The position numbers were made by a program, and so were the translations under genes. A stretch of DNA of 64,000 bases from Protoeuglena noctilucae (taxonomy: Eukaryota), in assembly GCA_958009085.1 (NCBI GenBank), contig OY253669.1, positions 124,001 through 188,000 on the forward strand. Direction: 5' to 3'. The notes beneath the pieces were generated by a model. The model did not search any database and was not told the DNA's origin. It worked only from the letters and a program-made list of their open reading frames with translations. This document shows positions 23,216-35,623 of this stretch, one piece after another (within the stretch, counting starts at the first letter, position 1; each line of letters opens with the position of its first letter).

Positions 23216-26200
23216 TCAGTGGGCCGGCAGCACGTCGCTGAGCGCGTCGCTGTCGTCCCCCAGGGCCAGGTCCCTCAAGAGGCTGTCGTCCTCAGCGAGC
23301 ATGCTGAGGCTCACGTCTAGGCGATCGGCGAAACCTCCCGCCTTGGCCTCCTCCAGTGCCCACGAGACCCTGCGTGGTACGGGCCACACTTCTAACGTGG
23401 TCACCTTAGCACACCCTGGTGTTCGATCCGAATCAATAAGGGTGCGCGCCATAAGCGGACGTGTAAAGATGTAGCCAGGATAGATCAGGTATCGCTGTGG
23501 CAGCCGGACGAGGTACGGACAGCCATTGCGACCGCCACTGCGCGTCCACGCACGCGTCGACTTCAAGCCCATTGACTGGCCCAGAGCGCTGGCGCTTGCC
23601 ACACAAACGCACCTCAGGTCCTTGGCTTCCCGAGCAAATGCCTCCCAGGAGTCGCTCGCAAGGGACTCTGCGTTGGATATCCGCCCTTCGGATATGCGCC
23701 CTCTGGCCCCGAGCCCCGTATCAGATCCACCATCCGACGCGTCAACGCGCGCCTTCCCCTCATGGCTCGAGTGGCTCGGACTCGTCTCCTCGATGTCATG
23801 CGTGGCGGTCCTCTGTGCCGTCTTGATGCCGCTCGACCCGGGCGTGCTCGATGTCCCCGTCCACGCCGCGCTCCCTGGGGACCGGGACTGACCTGCACGT
23901 GGCACAAAGCAAGCTCAGATGAGTCAACTCAGATGATGTCTGCGAGCGACGACAGCGGGGCACTTTCTCGCGTCAGCCTGCGGACCAGTCAGCGGCACGT
24001 GCTGGGAGGCACGCGATGGGGCCACCTGCATGCCAGCAACCACTCACCCGTGGACAGGGAGTGCCGCGGGGAGTTCTCCCTCGTCGCTGCCGAGGGCGGG
24101 CGAGCGCTCCCCGACCCCGGAGAGGCCGACGGGCCCCGAGCCTGGGCTGGGGGGGTCCTGGTCTCACCAGGCGGGGACGTCGCCGCTGTCGCCGAGTGCA
24201 CATGGGGAGCATCTCTGGGCACCGACGACCGCTCCCTCAAGCCTATGGCTCCTACAACAGGATCCTGAGCCGTTTCTCCCGCAGTCTCGCCTCGGCTGCG
24301 GCCCCCGAAGTGCCCAGGCCCCACCGCAGACGCACCCCCCGGCAAGTCGCGACCAGGGCGCCGGGCAGCGCCGCCCGCCGACATCCCCGAGCTAGAGGAC
24401 GTCGAGGTCGTGGAAGCTATGGAGACGTCGAGCCCGTGCTGCCTCAGGACGGCGGCCCACGCCCTCCTGCCAGTCGCCGCGCTGTTGGACCCCCGCCCGC
24501 CCGCCTCGCCCGCCTCGCTCGACTCACTCGAGTCGCTTGCCATCATCTCCCTGACCCTGCGCAGCCACGCGCGCGTCGACTCGCCGTCGCTGTCCTCCCC
24601 GTGCCCCGATGCCGGACCGTTGCATACATGTGCCCCTGTGGCCATCCCTGTGACATCCTTCTCCGAGCCCTTGGGCCCGGGCCCCGACATCTCCGTCAAA
24701 TCGGACACGGTCAGGTCCTCCGGGACCCCGGACAGGCGAAGCTGGGAGTCCCCGTCCGGGTGACCCTCTGCAACGGCCGCCCCCGCAGTCGGGGCACCTG
24801 GGGACGTCGATGCCGCCTGCAGCGCGGCGGCCAGGCCGGCCATCCGGGCCGCGAAGGTGTCCTGCTCTGCGCCCGCCGCGCGGGGGCCGTTGCTGGCCGG
24901 CGGCTCGGCTCGACTGGCCCCGTGCGGCTGTGCAGGCACGTGCGCGGTGCCAGACGTGCGCAAAGCGTGGCCTGAGCCCTGGGCAGCACCGGTGCCGTTG
25001 TCGCGGACTGTGGCGCCCGCGGGCTGTCGGAGCGAGTCCCCGAGGCGCTCCCCGAGGGCGCCTGCAAGTGCCGTCGCCGTCTGGGCCGGTGGCCGTGCCA
25101 GGCCCGAGCCCAGACCGACAGCGGAGGCGCCCCTCGGCTCCGCTTTCCTAGCCTGCGCGGCTGCCGTGCGGTAGAGGCTCGAGGGAGTCTGGAGGAGGCT
25201 CTGGTCCAAAGACAGCGAGCTCAGCGAGGCGCTGTCAGAGGCGGCCACGGCCCCAGCCACGCCGCCAGCGTCGACCCCGACCTCGACCTGCGCCCACCGG
25301 AGAGTGGCAGAACTGATTGGCTACACGACAATCCTTTAATATGCATCTCGTCCATGGAGCCAGATTGACCGAGTGGCGCGTGGGCTCCCACGGTCGGGCA
25401 TTACTGGCGGCGGGAACTTACAGCAGCCATGGCATGCGGCAGGCGCCGCAGATGCGCGGCATTGCACGACAGTTACATCAACCCTCAACGAACCGTCACC
25501 TTCCAGGCCCCTGGGGTGTCCTTAAGGGCCGCCGCCACGAACCCCGACTCGTCGCGCCACAACCGACCACGGGAGGGGTACGTCCCCTCGTCTCCCGCGG
25601 CCGAGCTGTCCCCAGTGATGTTCAGCAGGTCGCTGAGACCCGAAAGACCCGTTGCCACGGAGCCTTCCGTGGGCCCCCCGCCAGCCGCCGCAATTCCCCC
25701 TGCACGACCCCCCGACCCGCCCGAGCCATACCCGCCCCTTTCCCCGCTCCGCCCGCCCGTGGCCGACGCCGGCGCGGCCTCTGCCATCGAGCCATGGAGC
25801 CCGATCCCGCCGCTGTGGTGCGGCGAGGCCCCCGCCCGGCGCGCCCGCTGGGCGGCACGCGAGGGGATGCCCGCGCTGGGGTCAGTCGACAGCGTGAGCG
25901 GCCCCAGGGCCGTCGAGTCGGTGCGTCCGTCCGAGGTGAGTCCCAGGGCGGACATCGAGAGGGAGACTTCGGTGGAGGACAGCCCTGCAGCCGCGTCCGA
26001 CAGGCCCAGGGCATCGGGCATTCGCCAGCCTCTCGCACTCGCCAGGGAGTGCGAGAGGTCGGAGAGGGACGACGAGGACGACAGCGTCTGCGGGAAGGGC
26101 GGGCCGGGGCGGTGTGAAAACTGAGATGGCGCCGAAAGAGACTTGACTGTGAGTGTCATGCCGACCAGACTGCATGAGTACAGGAGGACGAAGGAAAAGC

Positions 26201-29043
26201 TTATTACCGCTGATCGCTCCACAAAAGCATCCCTATAGCACCATAGAGCACCGGCGACGGCGATTCTGGACCACTTGCATCTCATGCATGCCCCGATAAC
26301 CTCCGCATTGCATTGCACTCCCCACATGCAGCCCCGCATCTCCAACCGCACCTCTTCCAGCGCTTGCAGAGCGTCGCTCGCATCGAGCCACGCCCGGTTT
26401 CGCCCGCCTCGGCCCCTCGCGACCCCCACACCAGCTCCTCCCTTGCCCAACCCTCCTGCAGTGCCTCGCACCCCACGCCGGTCCCCTCCTGCAGCCCCCC
26501 GCCGCAGCTCCTCAGCGTCTCTCAGCAGCTCCTGAATAGACGCATCCAGAGAGTCCGACGAGGCCGCGTCCCCCTGAACGTGGGACAAATTGACATGAGA
26601 CTGAGATCGATCGACCTGGCCCCGGCCGTCGTCGCAGCACCCAGTGTCACCACCGTCGCCATCATCCGGCCCCGTGCACGAGCTCGGAGCTGTAAACGAT
26701 TCCGGGGGCTCGGCAAGCGCCAGAGACACGGACGCCGGCCCCGGAATGCCTGGCGAGTCACAGCTGCCAGCTCCATGCTCGCCATCCACGTCTGCAGCAG
26801 TGCCATCCGCGGTTGCTTGCGCAGGGGCGCCCGTTACTCGCTCGGCCGCTTCCGACCGCTGCCCCATCGAGCCTGGTTCCCCAGCTCCCGTGGGCCTTCC
26901 GGCTTGGTCCGTTGCCATCACAGGCGCCTTCACCCCCCCGTCGGTGTCACCCGCGTCCCTGCCGGATCCCCGGCCGCCGCCCGGGCCCGGCTGGCTACCC
27001 ATAGACGCTATCAGCCGCTTGGGTTTCCACGCCAGTGTCGTTCGGGGCCCGCCCTGCGCAGCCGCGGCGCCCACACCCCCACCGCCCCCGCTCTCCCTTG
27101 GCAGCTCTGCGCCAGCACTGCCGCCTCCAGCCATGGGCTTAGGCAGGTCCTGCACGGGCCTCGGCTGCGGCGGGACACCCTCTGCCCCGCCACCCTCGTC
27201 TCCCGCCGCGTCCCCCCCCGCTGCACCTCTATTGTCACCCCGGCCACCCCCGCCCGCACCCCCGCCACTGTCGCCATGGCTTCCCCTCCCGCCCACCTCC
27301 GCGGGCCCCGTGGGCTTCTTGAGGAACGTTATTTCGAACGCCCGCTCGAGCCTCTTGGCGTGCTCCCGCACATCCACGGGCGCCTGCTGCACGGCAAACG
27401 CCAGGGCATCCTGTCGGTCGCGGTCGGCGGCCAAGCGCAGCTGGGCGTCCACGGCCTGGCGCTCTTGCAGCATGCGCTGCCGGAACTGCGATGAGGGCGC
27501 GGAGGTTCGGGGAATGAGGTGTAGAAGCCCAGCGCCTGTCGCTCACGCACCCCGATGCGACAAGCCAGCTGGCCATCTCCGACGCATGGCGCCCACGCTC
27601 ACCGCGGCCGCGTCGCCCCTCTGCTGCGCGATCTCGCCCATCTGCGCCTTGACGCGCGCCCTCTCGGCGTCCAGTTCCATCGCTCGCTCCGCTTCCTGCT
27701 CTGCTAGCTGCGGGGCACAGGAGGGACCGTAGACGGGGATGTCGATGCGGGTGCCAGCGGGGGCCAGGCGGGGCGGGTTGGGTCCAATCCAACTCGATTG
27801 ACAAAGTTATGGAATGATGTTGTGGAAAGGCGGAGGCAACGCGAGTTCCTACCCCACCTGACCCGTGTGGAAGTGACACCACGGGCCCTGCACAGCTGCC
27901 GACCCACCTGGCGAGTGTCCCCGCCGCGCCCGTCTGCCCCTGCATCCCTGTGCTTCTGCACGATCGTAGGCACGCCCAGCTCGTGCAGCCTCGTGAACTG
28001 TGGCAAAGGACACACTGTCGCTGTCACTCCACCCAGCCAGCCCCTGCCAACAGCCCATGTGAGGCCCCAGCAGTTGCTAGTTGAAGCCCCCAATAACAGT
28101 CCCCGTGTCCTCAGTTCCATGCCCCACGCGAGGACCTGCAAAACTCACCTTGAAGTCCCTCAGGCTGAACTGCCCCCGCTCCACCCGCTCCTTGTCCATC
28201 TTGTCGAACTCCTCCGCGAGCCGCGCCTGCCGCTCCGCCTCCTCCCGGTACCGCCGCACCGCCTCCGCGGCCCGCTCCGCCTCCGCCCGCATCGTCGCCT
28301 CCCACCTCGCTTTCCGCGCCTCCTGCTCTGCCCGGGCACGGCGCGCGTCGGCCGTGAGGACGTCGATGGCCTCCGCGGCCCGCTCCGACGACAGCTCCCG
28401 GAGCGCCTCGGTCTCCGCGGCGCGCGCCAGGTCGGCCCGCGCCCGCCCGGCGTTGGCGTCCCATGCCGCCCGGTGCGCCTGGTCGATGTTGGCCGCCGCC
28501 ACCTCGCACGCCCGCTCCAGGGCCAGCACCCGCGACAGCCGCCCCTCCTCCCACGCGTCGCGGAGCTCCTCCGCGATCGCCTCGCGGTGCCGGCGCTCCG
28601 CCTCCTCCCTGCGCCGCAGCTGCTCCCTGCAGAGCCACCATGACCGCAACAGTCATGCGAGTCATTGTGCTGTCCCTAGCGACCGCTGCAGTCGCAGGAG
28701 CCGCGGCCCCGGCTCCTATGCGCAGACGCACCTCGTGCGCTCGCTGTCCTGTTGTCGAACTTGCAGGAGGCGCTTGATGCGCAGGGCCTGGAGGTGCTTC
28801 TGCGACAAACATAACGCGTTGCGACTCAACGAGGGGGCCGGTCAAACACCTCGCACGCCCTGAGGCAGGTAGCTGATGCTCTTACGAAGCAATTCGCTGA
28901 GACCGCTGAAACATTCGAGTCCGCGAGCCGGGGCATCAGCAGCCAGCGCGACGTACCTTCCGCGCCTCTTCCTGCTCGCCCCAGGACAAGCGATACGTGG
29001 GCGCCCCGCTTTTCAGGGCAGTCTCCTCCGCGTCTCTGCGCAT
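23216..29043 (-). CDS. Large protein with CEP295/Ana1-like N-terminal coiled-coil domain and a long disordered Ser/Gly/Ala-rich remainder
   Basis: Spliced N-terminus YRLSWGEQEEARK/KHLQALRIKRLLQVRQQDSERTR/EQLRRREE..IAEELRDAWEE..NIDQAHRAA..DFK/FTRLH recalls CEP295 (RLSPNEE..RLLQVREQE..LAEELRAEWEE..GEGHRQA). Downstream exons are ORFs 25485-27473, 23989-25260 and 23216-23905. Confidence 0.65.
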
Positions 29044-29630
29044 GCTCTCCGCCGCGTGCAGCCGCGCGGCTTGCGTCTCCCCGCGCGGGGTGCGGTCTCC
29101 AACTGCAAACATCGCGCCGCAGCTGCGTGCCGCTGCCGACGATAGCGGCCCGCTTGGAGAACGTGGCAAGGATTCGCCACGAAGAGGGGAACTGCCTTTC
29201 GCGCTCGCAGGCACCCCACTGTCGGGGATGTGCGTTTGAACCGGACGTGTCCCTCCAGCCGCGCTCTGGGGCGCGCGAGCTGTGGGGTCCACACCGACGC
29301 CTTCTATTTGCAGCTCTCAGCCCGCGAGTCACACGCAGGACCGGTGATGTGGACGCGCCGCGTGACACGAAGCACCTGCGTTTCGATGACGTCAGACCCT
29401 GGGTCTGACGCTGGCCGCAGCTCGTGACAGCGCTGCCGGGTCTCATCCCGGCAGTCACAGCGTCCGTTCAGGACCACGCCTCGGTCCGCATCGTCACTGC
29501 CGTGCTACTTTGGGTCTTTACTGGCTCAGCCCCGCTCAGACAGCGGCACGCGAGCAACAGGAGGGTTGCCATCGTAATTTTTGCTGCTGATTCGGCCACG
29601 GGGCTGACGCTAGAGCGCTGGGGGGCCAAG

Positions 29631-30572
29631 ATGGCTCTGTTTGAGCTGCCCCCGTGGCTGGTCGAGCGGATCGAGTACCTGCTGGATCCGATGCGGCTCC
29701 TTTGCGTCGTTCTCGTGCTCAAGTTCCTCCATCGCGTGTTTGTGGATTTCAAGGTGCCGCCGCGAGGGCGCGCACCTCCTGCTGGCACAAGCCGTCGCCG
29801 TGCGTCGCCAACTAGACGAGAACTCCCGCTGCTTCATCGCCTTCCGCAGCTCGGCCAAAGCACGGGTCAGGCGGAGCAGTTGGAGCGGGAGGCGAAGGCC
29901 CTCCGGATGCAGGCAGCGGTCATGGCCGTGCCCAGCACCTTCGCCAAGGCTGCCAAGATGGAGAGGCAGGCGATCGCGCTGGAGAAGGAGGCAGAGCGGC
30001 AGCGTCAGGCCGCGGGGACCCCGAGCGCCGTCGCCCGGGCCGCGAAGGTGGGCCAGCGAGTGTCCGTGGGCGACGCGATGCCAGATGCCGGCATCCGCTG
30101 ACCTTTGGGCTCTTTTCCCCGGATCACCAGGTGTTCGTGGATTTCTTCACAACGTGGCTGGGTCGGCTGCTCGTGTTCGGGGGCTTCTTTGCCGGGGGGA
30201 TCCGACGCCCCATCCTCTTCGTGCCCGTCCCTGCCGTGTGGCCCCTCGCGTCTGCACTCAAGTGAGTCTGATCAACCACCGACCTCGGCTGTGGCGCAGT
30301 GGCTGCCGTGGGCTGGGCCGTGCGCATGCAGCTGGGTTTTGTGCCATTGCTGCACTGAGATGGGCAGGATTGGTACACAGGGAGCATGGGATTGGCCAGA
30401 GAGTTTCGCAGGGTAAAGGTAGCCACGGTTCTGTTGGATTGTCCTCGTAACCGTGACCCATCGCAGGGGCTTCCGCGGGGACCTGGCAGCGGGGGCGGTC
30501 TCGCTAATGGTGTGGTACCAGCTGTGCAACTGGGCAGCGACGGCGCTGTGGAGGAGGGTCATCCCGGGCTAA
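29631..30572 (+). CDS. GET1: GET1/WRB (CHD5-like) tail-anchored protein insertion receptor
   Basis: TM1, coiled coil with PSTFAKAAKMERQ, TM2, then VWPLASALK/GFRG..AVSLMVWYQLC* across three introns. Confidence 0.8.
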
Positions 30573-30792
30573 AGCGGACACTACATGCCGCGCACTGCCG
30601 TGATGCGGGCTGGCTTGGCATTCAAGCGCGAGGGGGTTGGAGGATGGGTTAGTGGAGCTATTCACATAGAAAGCTTTCTCAAAAAGAGTGTGAAAGTGAA
30701 GTTGTCATCGATGACCATGTCGGACGAGTCAGCAAGCGCCCCTGGGCGGGAATGGGCCGGGAAGAGGAGCTGCCAACGCCGTCCACGCTTCC

Positions 30793-31263
30793 TCATGATG
30801 CCTTCTGCGCAGGCGGAAGCAGAGACAGCAGCGATGCGCCTGGGCCTCGACCAGAGTCGCAGCACCATCCAAGCGAGCGAATAACGTCTGGAGACGGAAC
30901 ATCGCTTCACACAAGCGGACAGCGTAATGCCACGGGCCGACCGCAGCGGCAGGGGACCCACCTTGGCATGGACGACTTTCTTCTTCATGTGAGAAAACTC
31001 CCCAAACTTGTGCCCCACCATATCCTCGGAAATCTTGACCGGGATGAAGCTGCAGGGAGGGGACGGGGCACGTTCAGCTGCCTCTCGGCACGTGTGTGAC
31101 CCGCCTCAGCCCTCCCGTGCATCCTGTCTCACCTCTTTCCGTTGTGGACCTCGTACGTCCGCCCCACGTGCGCTGGAAGGATCATTGACCCTCTGCTAAA
31201 CACCTGCTTGGCCGCCACCTCCACGATCGACCAGGGGCCCCTCCACAGCGCCCGCCTCCCCAT
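30793..31263 (-). CDS. rps19: Nuclear-encoded mitochondrial-type ribosomal protein uS19
   Basis: MGRRALWRGPW..VFSRGSMILPAHVGRTYEVHNGK/..FIPVKISEDMVGHKFGEFS is the bacterial/organellar S19 motif; intron-containing. Last exon uncertain (KAS* at 30793, or a longer tail to 30729). Confidence 0.85.
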
Positions 31264-31569
31264 CCCGACTGCTGCTGCAGGTTCCCAGCAATGGCCTGTG
31301 ATACGCTGCAGTGGGGAGCGCGCTGTCCTGCCAGCAGCTACGGTGCGTGGCCACCGCGTCCTCAGGCGCCCGCAATCGCTGCTCTTCGTCCGATTGCCGC
31401 CACGTGGCAGGGCGTCTTCGCAAATCTGCCCGGCAGGACGCACGAGCGGCGGAGGCTGACGGCCGACGCTGCCAGTGATGGTGGCTGGCCCGAAGCTCCC
31501 TCGCCCCGCTGCATCGTCCGCCACATCGAAGTCGTCGGAGTCCCCGCGTTGATAGCATCGACAGCGGTC

Positions 31570-34500
31570 ATGGCTGGCCAGGAGGACGTCTCCAACAAAA
31601 TGGCAGCGATGGATATGGGGGATGAGGCAAGTCTGGGGGGGCGTTGGTTGATGTGGTGGGCCCGATGATCGCGGAAGAGAGGCATGCATCGGCATGACAC
31701 ACGCGAGCGTGTCTCGATGTGCGCGCGTCGCGTGATGCTAATTGGACTGCCCGGCACACTCGATGCCGCGGCGCCGCGGGGGCGGGAGCTGCCATCGCCG
31801 CGATGGCCCAGCTGTTGAGGTCTCGCATTGCGCCATCGCACCGTGGTGTAGATCTCCCGGGTTGGGCCGCGGGACGGGCGCCTGGGGATGGCATCGCCTA
31901 CCCCGGTTTGCTCGGCGGCCGCGCGCCGGTTAGGCCGTGGCTCGACCGTTCCCGCTGTCGCCGACGCGAACAACGCTTTAAATAGCACAATACGCGATAT
32001 GAATCGCGCCGGATTTCCACCGGCTGAAGCGGGCGGGCCCCGACCTCTGCGCGCAGGACGGCGTGGGACCCGACGACGGGGAGGCGGGCGGGGAGAAGCT
32101 CTCCAAGAGCCAGATGAAGAAGCTGGCGAAGAAGGCGGAGAAGGCGGCGAAGCGCGGGGGCGACGCCGGGCCCGTGCAGCGCGGGCAGGGGGCCGCCAAG
32201 GCACGCCGCGCTGCGCCAGGCTCGCTGCGCCCTCCGCGTCTGCCGTGTCCGCCCTGAGCCCGCGCAAACCCTATATTCGCTTTTCCTCCGCAGCTTATGA
32301 CGGAGGCGGACCCGGACGACCCTCTCCGCGACATGTACGGGGACCTTCCCCGCATCCAGTCGCAGCCGCAGGCGAGCCGCCCGCCGGGCCGCCGCTGCGC
32401 CCGCGTCGCATGAAAATACAGCAGCAGAAGTATGTTTGAGTATCCTTGGCCCGACTCGGGCGCGGCTCTCCGCGCTCCGCAGACGGGCCGCGTGTGGACA
32501 GACGTCATCGCGCTGGGTTCCGCGATGGAGGGCCAGCGCGTGCTCCTGCGTGGCCGCGTGCACACGACGCGGTCGAAGGGCAAGTCGGCGTTCCTGGTGC
32601 TGCGCCAGGGCACGGCCACGGTGCAGCTGGTGCTGTTTGTCGACGAGGAGAAGGTGTCGAAGCAAATGGTCAAGTACGCGGCGGGCATCCCCAGGGAGAG
32701 CATCGTGGAGGTCGGGGGCGACGTCGTCCGCCCGCAGGCGGCGATCGAGTCGTGCACCCAGGCGAGGGATATGCGTGATGGGGGGGCGGTGTCTGGGGGT
32801 GTGCTGGTGGGGCGGGATGCAGTGCTGGGGAACAGCTCTTGATGCTGGCAGAGGTGGCAATGTCTTGGATCACTCCTTTGTTGCCACTCCCGCCATCCCT
32901 AACACCCACGCCACCCCAGCCACCCCTGCCGCGTGCCGCACCACCACCCTTGTTCACCCCTTAACAACACCCCCCTCGGCTGTTGCAGAGTGACGTGGAG
33001 GTGCACGTTCGGCTGATCAAGGCCGTGTCTCGCGCCGATGCTCTGCCATTCGAGGTCACGGATGCTGCACGGGGCGAGAAGGAGATTGCAGAGGCGGAGG
33101 CAAAGGGGGAGACAATGGTGCGCGTGGGGCAGGCGCTGAGGCTGGACAGGAGGTGAGGGGTTGAGGGTTGTTATAGGTGGTGAAGGGGTGTGATGGTGCA
33201 TGTGTGGGGCAGACGCTGAGGCTGGACAGGAGGTGAGGGGGGGATGGCGAGGGCTGAGAGGAGAGTCGCAATCATTGTCACTTGCACACAATCCCGTTCC
33301 CTGGCGACTCACACTCCCCGCCAACGCTTCTCTCATCTCCCTCCCCACCCCTCCCCTCTGACCCGCTCCCCACCCCTCCCCTCCTTTCACCCTCCCTTCT
33401 CCCCTCACCCCCAACCCCCACTTCTCACCCCCCCTCACCCCCCAGGTACCTCGACCTCCGCACCCCCGCCAACCAGGCCATCTTCCGCGTCCAGTCCGCC
33501 GTTTGCGCGCTGTTCCGCGAGGCCCTGTCCCAGCGCGGGTTCATCGAGATCCACTCCCCCAAGCTCATCGCGGGGACGTCTGAGGGGGGCGCCGAGGTCT
33601 TCCGGGTCGAGTACATGGGCCGCCCTGGGTGCCTGGCGCAGTCGCCGCAGCTGTACAAGCAGATGGCGATCTGCGCGGACCTGGACCGGGTGTTCGAGAT
33701 TGGCCCGGTGTTCCGTGCGGAGAAATCCGAGACACACCGACACCTGTGCGAGTTCACGGGGCTCGACATGGAGATGGCCATCAAGGAGCACTACGACGAG
33801 GTGAGGGGGAGGGGAATGATAGAAAGAGAGATAATAACTGAGGAGCAATGCGACGAGGTGAGGGGTGGGAAGTGAGATGGGGAATGATAGTGGGGAAGAT
33901 GATAACCAAGGAGCAATGCGACGAGGTGAGGGGATTGGTCAAGTGACTATCAACGTGCACCATTACCTCTTACTTCAACTCCTGCATGCCCTCTTCCTGC
34001 ACACACACCACTCTCTCTCACCCCTCTCTCTCTCCCCAACACCCATCACCCTCTCTCTCCTCTCATCCCCCCAGGTGCTCGACGTCCTGGACGCCCTCTT
34101 CCTGCACACACACTGTCCCTATATATAGACTCCTACATATACCTCTCTACCCTCTCCCTTACCCTCTAGATCCTGGACGTGCTGGATGCCCTCTTCCTGC
34201 ACGTACACATCTCTCACCACTCTCTCTCTCTCTCTCTCTATTCCCACCCCTCATCACTTGTTACTTAACTCCCCTCTTTCCCTCACCCCCCAGGTGCTCG
34301 ACGTGCTCGACGCCCTCTTCCTGCACATGTTCCGCGGCCTCAACGAGCGCCACGCCCACGAGCTGGCCACCATCGGGGCGCAGTACCCGTTCGAACCGCT
34401 CAAGTTCCTCGACAAGAGCCCCCGCATCGAGTTCGCGGAGGGGGTGCGCATGCTGAGGGAGGCGGGGTACGAGATGGACGACATGCAGGTGTGCATGGTG

Positions 34501-35357
34501 GGGAGTGACTGATGTGGGATGGGATATAGAAATAGAAAGAGTAGGGTAACATGCGAGATGGACGACATGCAGGTGGGTGGAGTAAATATGGTATGGGTAG
34601 CATAGGAGGTACACGACATGCAGGTGGATGCATGGTGGGGCGAGATTTCAACATGGGGAAGGAGCAATGTGTAACTCATTACAATATTACCCCACATTCC
34701 TCTTGACAACCATTGCAGGACCTGAACACGGAAAGGAGCGATGTATCACCACACCCCATCCCCTTCACCCGTCACAGGACCTGAACACGGAGAAGGAGCG
34801 TGCCCTGGGCCGCCTGGTGCGCGACAAGTACGGCACAGACTTCTACATCCTCCACCGGTTCCCCTCCTGCATCCGACCCTTCTACACCATGCCCGCGCAC
34901 GACGACCCCAGGCGAGACCAGACACGCGCCTGTGCTTGGTAGAAGAGACGGAGGTGTATGTATTGTTGACTCATCTATGCTCGGCGTGGCATCGACACCG
35001 TTGCTCTTCCGCTACCCCACCCACCCACCCCACCACCCCACCCACCCACTCACCTGTCACCCCACCCCTGGCCTGCCCCGCAGGTACAGCAATTCCTTCG
35101 ACATCTTCATCCGCGGGGAGGAGATCATCTCCGGCGCCCAGCGCATCCACGAAGCCGACTTCCTGGCCCAGCGTGCCCGGGAATGCGGCATCGAGGTGGA
35201 GGGGATCAAGGATTACATTGAGAGCTTCCGGTACGGCGCGCCGCCCCACGGGGGCGCAGGCGTGGGGCTGGAGCGCGTGGTGATGCTCTTCCTGGGACTC
35301 GACAACATCCGCAAGACCAGCATGTTTCCGAGGGACCCCAGCCGGCTCACGCCCTGA
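31570..35357 (+). CDS. DARS: Cytosolic aspartyl-tRNA synthetase, 9 exons
   Basis: N-terminal [12 protein letters not shown] helix, OB fold ([21 protein letters not shown]), [13 protein letters not shown], motif 2 [16 protein letters not shown], motif 3 [13 protein letters not shown], ending [10 protein letters not shown]. Confidence 0.96.
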
Positions 35358-35623
35358 GGGCAGCGACGCGCAGCGATATGCGCCGACCCGCATGCGGTCA
35401 CGGGCAGTTGCGTGTGACAAGACGAGTCGCACACAGCCACAAACAGCCGCGGTTAACGATATGCGCTTTGCTTCTGGTTGGTGTCACGATCTGTCGTGGT
35501 TCCCGCGCACGCGGCCAGTGTCGCTAGGACGGCAGCGCACGCATGCGCATGCGCCAGGCAAGGCCTGTGGGTCGTACCACTCGTTCAAGCCTCGCGACTC
35601 CACTCCACCACACCTGCCCCTAG

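Noticed and set aside
31196..31558. ORF MLSTRGLRRLR as the mitochondrial presequence of rps19
   Set aside because: Different frame from S19, no convincing intron identified, and its ATG lies only ~12 bp from the divergent AspRS ATG.
33781..34330. CRISPR-like repeat-spacer array
   Set aside because: The repeats are copies of adjacent exon ends, the spacers are low-complexity and irregular, the context is eukaryotic, and no cas genes are present.
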